The position numbers were made by a program, and so were the translations under genes. From Saccostrea echinata (Eukaryota), in assembly GCF_033153115.1 (NCBI RefSeq), contig NW_026889779.1:32054001-32118000 (forward strand): DNA of 64,000 nucleotides, read 5' to 3'. Below the pieces are notes generated by a model. That model had not been told where the DNA came from. It made no database searches and saw nothing but the letters and a program-made list of their open reading frames with translations. Shown here piece by piece: positions 13,622-23,450 of the stretch (position 1 is the first letter of the stretch; each line of letters opens with the position of its first letter).

Positions 13622-13838
13622 GCCCCAAGACCATAAACTGAGAACAGACTTAAGTCAAAATTTCAAACCAATATAACTTTTGAAATAATTTTGATAATAA
13701 AACAAAATTTTCATCATATATTTGAATTTAAATGTTATATAAAATTGCAAATTTTTATGCAAATACATTAGATAAAATTCAAGATATTAAAAATCAAAAT
13801 TTTGACTTAAGTCTATTCTCAGTTTATGGTCTTTGGGC
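13622..13838. mobile_element. MITE with ~40-bp TIRs and 3-bp CAG TSD (PIF/Harbinger-like)
   Basis: GCCCCAAGACCATAAACTGAGAACAGACTTAAGTCAAAATT ... AATTTTGACTTAAGTCTATTCTCAGTTTATGGTCTTTGGGC. CAG at 13619-21 and 13839-41. Excision restores the Crypton frame (ERAGFK). Confidence 0.85.
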
Positions 13839-15029
13839 CAGGGTTCAAGTGACACTATACAAATCACACTTTGAGAGCAACAGCGGCGACCCGCTTGTAT
13901 GAAGCTGGGATTAACGAACAGCTACTGCAGTTTGATCCTACAAACGAAACAACGATGAACAGCATCAGAGAGTTAGTGAAATAATTCACGGAAATGTGGG
14001 AGATTCAGACGCTGGCAAATGTGTGAAAAAGATGAAAATTGTGATCCTTGTTCTAAAAATGATTCCGCCAGCGGTGTATCTAGTGAGATTAACATTTTAT
14101 CGAGAAATATGGGTTTCTCTTTTACATTTTGATATGCTGTTAGATATATTTTTCAACATTCATAGAATGGATCTACCATGACCAGCATTCATTTATGAAA
14201 TAAATAGAATGTATAAATGTATAAAATGTGTGAAAAGTTTGAGACGTTTATTAATAAAGAAACTTCTTGATCTGCATGTTGTGAATTTATTATGCATCAG
14301 GGTATTGTGCGTCTTTTTTGCCCGACTATGATATATTGTTAAAAATTTCATATATAATGTTTGACATTTATGCGTAATTGTGTATCAAATTAAAAATAAA
14401 TTTGCGTATTTTCATTACGAAAATAATTTGTGTTTTATGCATTTTTCTTGCTTTCAACATTTAAAACCTATACACTTAGTTACCTGTAATAGTACATTAA
14501 GTTGGAAAAAACTGTCGATTAAGTTATGAACTGACAGTTTTGTCAACTTAATGTAGGGTTACAGGTGACTTAATGTACAGGTTTTAAATATCCAAATCTA
14601 TTATGATGTATAATGTACAAAAACACAAAATTTAACGCTACTACAACATGTACAATAAAATACACAACTGATTTTGTTTATAAAAATAAATCCTCCGACG
14701 CCCCAGGGATTAATTAACGGTTTTAGAATTTTGAGAATTCTGTTTAAAGGAAGTCTTTGAAAATCTTGCAAAAATCCTGTGATAAAGTCGAGAGATACAA
14801 TGTAGGACGTGCACTTGTGGGTAAAGTTGAATTGGACAACTAATTAGTTTAGTTCCGGTCATATACAGAAGAACCCAGTCGATGTTTTTCAACTTTTTTT
14901 TAAATTTGCCGATATATGGCTGAAATAGTGCCGATTCGGCATAAAACAATAATCAATCAACTTTTTAAGGTTTGAATTTTTAATAGCAATTCTCTGTAAC
15001 CACTTAAACTTCTTTGCCACGCATGGTCA

Positions 15030-16552
15030 CCGATTTTTATGAAACTTTGCCCATTATTACAACTTGACACCAGAAACATATATCAAATAAAATTTCGTTG
15101 CTATGTGTCTTGGTTGCCATGGTAACAGCCAGAAAAGTTGAAAAAATTGAGATTTTCAGCTACTTTAAATCTTTATTAAGCCTTCATCAAGACTAAGAAA
15201 AACAAACAAACCATTCTCCCAAAAACATGACACCTTGTTGCCACTTATGCTATAAAGAAACTATTTAGAATTTATCTCTAAGTAAGTGGTAACCATGGGT
15301 ACATTTGGAATACATTTTAGATGCTGAAAAATGCTGAAAAACGCTCTATAGTCAAAAATGATAGATTTTACATGATCAAACTCAATCAACAACGTAAGAA
15401 AAACAATGAAAAATATTTGACCTCATGTAATTAGGTATTGGCAATATTATTCTAAAAATAACTTTCATGGTTCCCATGGTAACAGAGTGTCACCATGCAA
15501 AATTCGTTGCTTTGATTGGGTTAATGCTACTATCGTGAGGAAAAAACAATAAAATTCATGACTGGCACATATGCATCCTTAGGACCTTGTAACACCGACA
15601 ACATAAAAAAAAAATTGAGATTAATTCTTACTTTGCAGTGTAACCATGGAAACAACGTACTAGTTGTTTAAAGTGATATTTTTTTGCTGATTTAGGAATT
15701 TACTAACCTTTTAATCAAGAAAAATATTATTTGAATCACCTTGAATAGTACTTATCTCGTAGAACTAAAGTTGAATATCATATATTGATAATGGTTGTTG
15801 AAAATACAACACTGTTGCTATGGTTACCAAGAAGAGAAAATGTTCAATTTTGTTAATTTTTTGTCAATATTAGACCCTATGTTTTTTCGCCTTATTTCCA
15901 TAGCAACGCACTATTTAAAGAATTGAAATTGAATTTTTTGAAATGTGAAAATTAGGGTCACACCAAGGCCTTTAAAAATTGATCATCAGTTATATAGAAA
16001 TATGCTTTTTAAAAAGATAGGATCAGATTAAAACACTAAGAGAGTAAATTTAAAATCCCTTCGTGGTATTAAAACCATGGCAACCATTGCCAACCTATAA
16101 GAAATATCATATTTCGTCTTGGTATATGTTACAAGGATCTCTTCTCTATTATTTGCTTGCATTTCAACCTATAATTGTTTTTATTCTTAAGTGTATGACT
16201 TTATAAAATTAAATGAACAAAATTATTACTTTTGAATACTTTGTTTCCATAGTAACATATGTTATAGATGATTTACCAAACATGTTTATCATGCATTTAA
16301 GATACCACGCCTTCAACTTTCAGAAACAGTCATTGCCACTTGTTTGCTTTGCTGCAAACGTTAACTGTGGGACTCTGAACATGTTGAAAAATGCCATTTT
16401 TCAAACTTTAGGACATGTTGCTATGGTAACCATGACACGTAGCAACCAATTTTTGCCTGATTTGAGTTTACGGTATCAAAGACTTTTATCATAGAGAGTT
16501 TGGAGAAATTTTATTTGAAGTATGAAAGAGAGCAGCTGGAGTCAGTGTTAAA
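15030..16552. mobile_element. Non-autonomous element with diverged long inverted ends and periodic X-box-like palindromes; boundaries uncertain
   Basis: 15030-15126 aligns to the reverse complement of 16417-16512. Nine GTNNCYATRGNAAC-like motifs inside. Confidence 0.55.
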
Positions 16553-17232
16553 CTTGATTTATCATTACATAAAGTGTCAAATAAGCTAGTTAAGCTGATT
16601 GATGATTTATATACAAAATATCTTAATGATTTATACTCCCTTTATCAACTTTTTAAATTTTTTTCTATGGTTTTAGAAAAACTACAATATACTATAATAG
16701 TTCAGTCCGAAGTCCAAATGAGCAGCTAGAGTTAGTGCTTAATTTGAACATAAGGTGACAGATAAGCTGATTAAATTATTGATGCTAAAAACACTTGGTT
16801 TTGATTGACGGAATGTTTTATTCAAGTTTGTGTGATCCCGTGGCTGTCAACATCTCATTCGTTAAACCCTGAGCTGTCTTCTAAATATTAAAGATATATG
16901 TAACTCAGTACACGTTCATCAACGAAATAATTATATTTAAAATATTTATCGGGCTCGAGATTAATTTATTACATACCCGGAAATAAGGAACAAAGGCTTT
17001 TTTAAAAAAAAAAAAAAAAACTTTTGATGTGTTTAATATTTTTCTACCATTAAATTCTAACAATTTTGAAAAATAATATATCATAACAGTGATGCTTGTC
17101 GATATTTTACAAAATGCGTATGAATTTTATAGTGATGGGCATTCATATCCATAGATTTTATTGGATTGAAAACACGTGTTTAGGAATGAAAGCAAATTAC
17201 AGTATTTCACTGTATAATATTTTCTGACAAAC

Positions 17233-18915
17233 ATGTCTAGTCAAGACGGCTTGCAGGACTTGGTAGAAGAAATGCTTCGCGGTGGAAGCTCAACCTCAAC
17301 ATCACTTATGCGGTTTGAGTTCATGAGAGTTGCCTCCTTCCATAATTTTCCCGATGGTCTACTAGTCAGCGCACTCCGTCTTGCCAGAGCTGGGACTTAC
17401 TACACTGGATATGGCCGTGAGTGTCGATGTTACTTCTGTGGATTTAGTCAGAGTGATTGGAGCTGTGGGATTAATCGATCTCACTTCGATCATTCGTTTG
17501 ACGGTAGCACAACGTCAACAAATGTACCTATTCCCAGGGTATATGTAGAGGAGATAACAGGCGAACCTCAGTCTGTGACACCGGAAGTTAGTGAATATCG
17601 CCCATTACCGATACAGCGAAATGATGAATCTGCAATCTCAAACGCTGGTCTTAGCAGGTCGATTCTGCAGAATAACAATAGCAGATACACAGACAGATTG
17701 AATACTTTCACAAACTGGCCAAGTCAAATATCCCAGAGGCCATATGAGTTGGCGGCGGCTGGATTTTTCTACTCTGGCCGTGGGGATAGAGTTCAGTGTT
17801 CTTTCTGTGGTGGACAACTGCATCAATGGGAACGATCTGACGTCCCTTTCCATGAGCACCTCCGTTGGTTTCCTGACTGTCCATTCGTTAAGCAATGTTT
17901 TCAGCAGGTAGTGATGTTTATAAGCACTGAAATATGTTCGCTGCAATTTTTTTAATGTATAATACTATCAGGGACCTATATACTAACCTGATACTATGCA
18001 TGTGTTAACGTTTTAAGTTATAATGTTTTCGTTAGGGAAAATGACTTTTTCTGGATTTTGTATTAATACAAAAGAAAGAATTATTATCTTTATGTTTAAA
18101 AAATATGTACATCTATCTGAATTTTTATATATGGGATTTTAAATCTAGTTTGGCTGATGAAATCGTCGTAATGGTAGCTATAGGGATGTTCATATTAAAT
18201 TACAGCCATTTAGCATTGTACCTACAAGTGTGCCATCAGGTGTCGACCTCAGGGTAATCAGAAAGGTTTTACAATATGGATACGACCAAACAGATATTAA
18301 GAAAGCAATCTGTGAACTAAGCAGCAGAATGGGTAAGTTAAAATATCAAATTTCTTAATGAAATTGTTAAATTTCTAATTTGACAGAAATGAAAGATAAC
18401 TTGAATATGTGGCTGTGCTCAGGGTTTGATTCAGTTTCTCAACCATCTACGAAGAAAGGCAAATTATGTTCTGAACCCTAAATTCCAGTAATTGTTTGAA
18501 ATATAAAAGTAACCAGTTAAATTATTTTCATTGGGGGCTCATCTATATGGATATTTTTAATATTCAGTCACAGAAGAAATCACTGCATTGGAGATCCTGA
18601 AGTTTCTTTATCAGGGGGGACCACGAAACTGAGGAGTTTCATCATTCAAGTAAAAAAAAAGCCTCATTATATTGAACATTAAATTTTTACTGGTATTATA
18701 AAAACCCTCTGATAGCCATAAATCTTTTTTCTTGTTCTTTTTTTTTTTACATTTCAGATTTTGGGCCTTGTGTGGTCTGTGTCAGTGAGAACAGGGGCAC
18801 GCTGTTCCTACCTTGTACTCACATCTGCTGCTGTCGTGGTTGTGGACAACGGTGCTGTCTGTGTCCACTTTGTAGATGCAGAGTAAAGGCGCGGATCAAG
18901 GTGTATCCCTCATAA
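17233..18915 (+). CDS. Inhibitor of apoptosis (IAP/BIRC-like) protein 2: truncated BIR, canonical BIR, UBA-like, RING; +1 frameshift in exon 3 as assembled
   Basis: Exons 17233-17907, 18206-18332, 18568-18649, 18758-18915 (GT-AG). Canonical BIR (AAGFFYSG..VQCSFC-x16-H-x6-C), UBA-like (IRKVLQYGYDQTDI), RING (CVVC..FLPCTH..C..C..CPLC..VYPS). Exon 3 is 82 nt versus 81 nt in the paralogue. Confidence 0.82.
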
Positions 18916-19544
18916 AGAGGAATTCAGAATACCATGTGCCAAAGTTATTTGTTAAGATTTGTTTTATTTATGTATAGATATATATAATTTTATAAAATAC
19001 ATGCAGGTATTAACTACATTGTTTTGTACACATGTATAAACTTATGATTTTCTTTCATTTGAAACAAATGATGAATATTTACTTTTTGTTAAGTTTTATT
19101 TGTTTGTTTGTTTCTCTTATTAGAAAACATTTCTGGTTTTGATTTTGATTTTTTTTAAATTCAGAGTTACATATGTACAAGTGGTGTCGCTCCCTGATAC
19201 ACAATGTGTTGTTATCATTATACTTGTATGTACAGATTAGGTTGCATGGTAAATTAAATCCAAGAATTATGCGATTGAATGCCCATGTTCGTAAACCAAT
19301 TGTCTTTCAAACGTTTATTATACGCAGTTTTAATTATTTATATCTTATTAAAAGCTTGTCTATTTTATACTCTTTTGTTGTAATAAAAGTTTAGGACTTT
19401 TGTGTACTTTTAGTGCAGATATAAACGACATTGTTGAATGAATTCGACAATCATTGTTGCTGAATTATTGAAATCTTTCCGATAATGTACACTTCTTTAT
19501 CACAGCTTTGATCAAACCACAAATTGTAGCAATCGTTTAATGAA

Positions 19545-19932
19545 ATAGGTAAGATAACGAACAGTGATCGGTGTCAAAAAAAAATTACTACAAACAATGC
19601 ATATCTGTGAACAGGACATAAAACACCGACCCCTGGTAATTTCAGAGATGGGATCAGGTGAAATAAATGGATAGAAGAAATATTTATTTGACGTATATTT
19701 GTATACATTTGATAAAAAGTTAAGGAACCTATATATGTATACTAACTGATGACATACTCAATGTGATCGTGTACGATTCAAGTGATCTTTGATTTCTGAC
19801 CGGTCGGCAGAGGATGCTCGCTCTTCCATGGCACCTGATCCCACCTTTGAATAAAAGGTCCGTGTTTGCTCTGCTCCTATTTTGTAACGTAAAATGGACT
19901 TTTGAGCTCGAATACTGTTCGTTATATCCACA
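19545..19932. mobile_element. Two Penelope/Naiad-like tail repeats in opposite orientation (19545-19660 on -, 19797-19932 on +)
   Basis: Family core CACCTGATCCCAYCT and terminal ACTGTTCGTTAT found on opposite strands. Confidence 0.6.
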
Positions 19933-20636
19933 TATAAAGTATAAAACAATATTAAGTTGACAAATTCAAAAAAAGCTCATGCTAAATCTTCGACACTGGC
20001 ATCGGGTTCACAGAATTTTAGAATCAGGACCATTTCTAAGTAATTGTTATCTCTATCTGGACAAAATTACACGAATGATATATCTAGATATGCCCACTTT
20101 CAGAATAACTTCAGATGCTGGATCTAACATATTTTGCCATGAGTGTCCAGGTTAAAGTTTCTGGAGCAGGAACTATAAGCCCTTTAGTTTTAAAACTTTC
20201 TCGGGTGGTGCAAATATGGGGAGGTCCACTGACATAACTGCCTCCGTTTTTGGTCCGGTCATACATTTTGGAGCAGGTCCATTGCTCAGTAACCTATCAT
20301 GCCAAAACTATCGCGAAAAATGCAATTGTGAACTATCGTGAAAATAGTCCTGAATCGGACCAACGTTTGCAGCTGATTGACCACGGTCAATTGTATGGAG
20401 GAAGTCCATTTTCAGTACACTTTAAGCTCTATCTGGACCAAACTTGCATTGATGATGCATTCCAGGAGTACACACTACCACGCTTGCTTCTGATATGGAT
20501 CGACAGATCCATTTCCAAGAAAATATAAGACCTATCAGGATCAAATCTGCATGGATGATGCATTTATAGGGATGCAGATTACCAGTGTTGCTTTTAATAC
20601 TGGGTCTGACCACATTCTCCGGATGAATGACCTGCA

Positions 20637-22361
20637 GGCATGTTCACAAAGTTATCTTAGGACTAAGATGTGTCCTAAGAACGTCTTAGGAAATATCTTA
20701 GTCTTAAGTCAGTTTATCGAAGCTTTCCTAAATCTAGGACCTCGTCATAAGTTCGTCCTAACTTTAGGACAACGTACATAAATCATATCCTAGGATCATC
20801 CTAAATTTGTGGTGATGGTCATTTTTCTGAGCATCGCAAGTATAAGCGACCATTTCCTCAACAGTCTGCGAATTAGCTGACATGGCCGTAGGAACTTTCA
20901 TGTTGTAAATTTTGAATTTACCGGGTGGCAGTAAATACAAAATTTACAAAATTGTCATGTTGTAAATTTTGTATTTACTGCCACCCGGTAAATTCAAAAT
21001 TTACAACATGACAGAACCGGGGGGGGGGGGAGGGGAGCTGTGCCCCCCCCCCCCAATAATTTTGCCGATATATTAGAATATTATAGAAAAGCATAGCTAA
21101 TACATGTATATGCTTGTGCCCCTTCAATAATAACGTCTGATGACCTTTTCTTTTTTAGAATGTCAAGGAATTTTTGGAAGATGATAGTGCCCCCCAATGA
21201 AAATATATGGTTATGCCCCCCCCTCCCCCCCCCCCCCCAAAAAAAAAAAAACACACACAAAAAAAACTGAAATTGCTTCCTACGGGCCTGGCTGAAGAAT
21301 TACACAAATCGTTTTTCCCCACAAATGTTATACATGTACCAAGCCCTCTTCTTTGCAACATTAGGTACAATGTTCGATAATCTATTTTTTCACTTCTCTT
21401 CTTATTCATAATGCAGGCACAACAGATCCCTTTTCAAATCGGCGAAGGTGGCAGAAAAATAATTGACTTTTAGGGAGAGGGGATAGAAAAATATAATTGA
21501 CTAGCCAAAAAATAAAATTCCCTGAAAAACTTTGACATAAAAAAAATAAATGAGGGGTCAGTCCCATCCCCTCTCCCAATACCCCCCCCCCCCCCCACAT
21601 TCATACACGTTTTATGTGTACGGAACCAAAAGTGAAAATTATTCTCATATTTTTATCTATCGCCTTGATATTAGTAAATCGGGGTATATTGTTTTGATTT
21701 ACATCAATTAAAACTGTTGAGAGTTCCAAGACTCGGGGATTAAGCATTGCCTTTAAAATAATGAAACATTTCCCTGTTTGAATTCTATAGTACATGGTTT
21801 CGAGCCCTGCAAAATTCATTTTATATTTTTTATCAGTTTATTTTTCAAAAAATAATTCAGACTTTCATAATAGTGTACATCATATCATAGTCTTCATTGT
21901 GTTAAAATTCTGAATTCAAGATTATTTTTGATCTTTTGAAATTATTGCTGAAACACCATTTTTAAAATAAAAATGAAATTAAATCTTTCACTTTGATAGA
22001 AAAAAAATCGCTTGTTTCGTTGCGACTTACATGGGTTATTAAACATTTCTTTTATAATTTTAAAGATGTTAACATTAAAATTACACTGAAGTCATCATGC
22101 AAATGAATAATTTTTTGTTTTATAAAATAGAAGTTTATTTGGCTGTAAATGTCTCCCAAATTTTATATGTACATGTATTTAGAAACAAAAGTGTTCATGG
22201 TATGTTAGGATGTCCTAACTTAAGATGTTCATAAGATACCGTCGAGCTACATCTTATGATCTGTCCTAAGTTGATCGTAGGATGTTCCAAACTTTCTTCC
22301 TAAGTCATGTCTTAGGAACAATCTTAGGACGTATATCTTAGGAAAGTTTCGTGGATATGCC
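20637..22361. mobile_element. Non-autonomous TIR element (Harbinger-like) with CTTAGG/CCTAAG-rich subtermini and nested MITEs
   Basis: Imperfect TIRs GGCATGTTCACAAAGTTATCTTAGGA ... TCTTAGGAAAGTTTCGTGGATATGCC and repeated CTTAGG/CCTAAG motifs at both ends. Confidence 0.55.
20881..21290. mobile_element. MITE with CA..TG ends and 5-bp GCTGA flanking duplication; internal ~115-bp palindrome (20898-21012)
   Basis: CATGGCCGTAGGAA ... TTCCTACGGGCCTG; GCTGA at 20876-80 and 21291-95. Confidence 0.6.
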
Positions 22362-23450
22362 TTCAGGAGCAAGTCCACTTCCAAGAAACTGTAAGTCCTA
22401 TGGGGACCAAAACTGCATGAATGAATATTATAAGCAGTGAAAGGTTTGAAGCTCTGCCATTCATTCATCTTTCAGTAATCTTTAAGTTTGAATGAATGGT
22501 GTAGGTCCATACAATGACCATATCTGCTTTTGATGCTAAATCATAAATGAAATTTTCTTGATTGTTAAACAGGTTATTGGTTGAAGTAGGTCAATTCCCA
22601 AGTATCTGTGCTATCCAGATTAACCTTGCATGGTTGTTGCACCTAGGAATGTACACTACCAGGACATTTATTTGATGTGATTTTCTTATGTATATGTGAC
22701 ACAGTGAAATTTGTAATTATTTTCATCAATTTATTATGATGAATTAATTTATTGTTTTCATTAATGTTTATCAAATTATTTGCAACACATGAGTTTATTT
22801 GATATGAATATATTTATAGTACTGTAAGTTACTTTCTAAGTTACTTTTATTTAAAGTGGAAAAGCATTTTTATTTTGGACGGCTTCGTTTCTAAATTGTT
22901 TCAGCGCAATATACATTTTTTGACTTGAGCTTCTAAAATGCTGGAAAATGCTCCATTTCGAGCCATTTCTACAATTTTTTCTCTCTAATGCGAGGGGGAC
23001 ATCTCTTCCATACCCTCCCCCTTCGGGCCTCAACCCCCCCAAACCACCACCACCACTTCTGGGTCCGCCACTGGGAAATCTTGCCATTTGTAAAATTTAT
23101 TTTAAGTCTAGGACCAAACATTTTTAAATACTTGATATTCTATGTCAAAGTTAACATTTAACATTATTGATTTAATACAATTTTGCCAATATTTTTTATG
23201 CTTTGAAATAACATATTGATTATATTCCTCAGTAATAATGATATAATGATATCTAAACAGATATATTAATATATTATTGATCTTTTTTTCTCTGTAATGA
23301 ACAAATGAACTCCTGATCTAATCGGATTCTTGACATTATTGCTTTGGCTATTACTCAATTTCCGGTTTAGTGTACGCATGTTCGTAATTTTAGTACTACA
23401 CGTGAGTTTTGTAATAAAGTGCCGATCGCAAACAAACACATCGAATAAAG

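Larger units (their letters stand above)
11765..14590 (+). mobile_element. Decayed Crypton (DUF3504-type tyrosine recombinase) DNA transposon; boundaries approximate
   Basis: Frameshifted/stop-interrupted fragments KTKWAINLFKKWQ, FIAEVRNQKGEDF, LDSKMKELSGHGLG, LGLNLALRAGQEH, RCPVLIFEKY, WYADSPVGVHVL and NHTLRATAATRLYEAG (HxLR) at ~12110-13990. Imperfect hairpins at ~11778-11857 and ~14461-14587. Confidence 0.8.

Noticed and set aside
19990-20636. Short ORFs as retroelement coding remnants
   Set aside because: No RT or endonuclease motifs; the sequence resembles 22380-22700 and looks like a decayed non-coding repeat split by the TIR element
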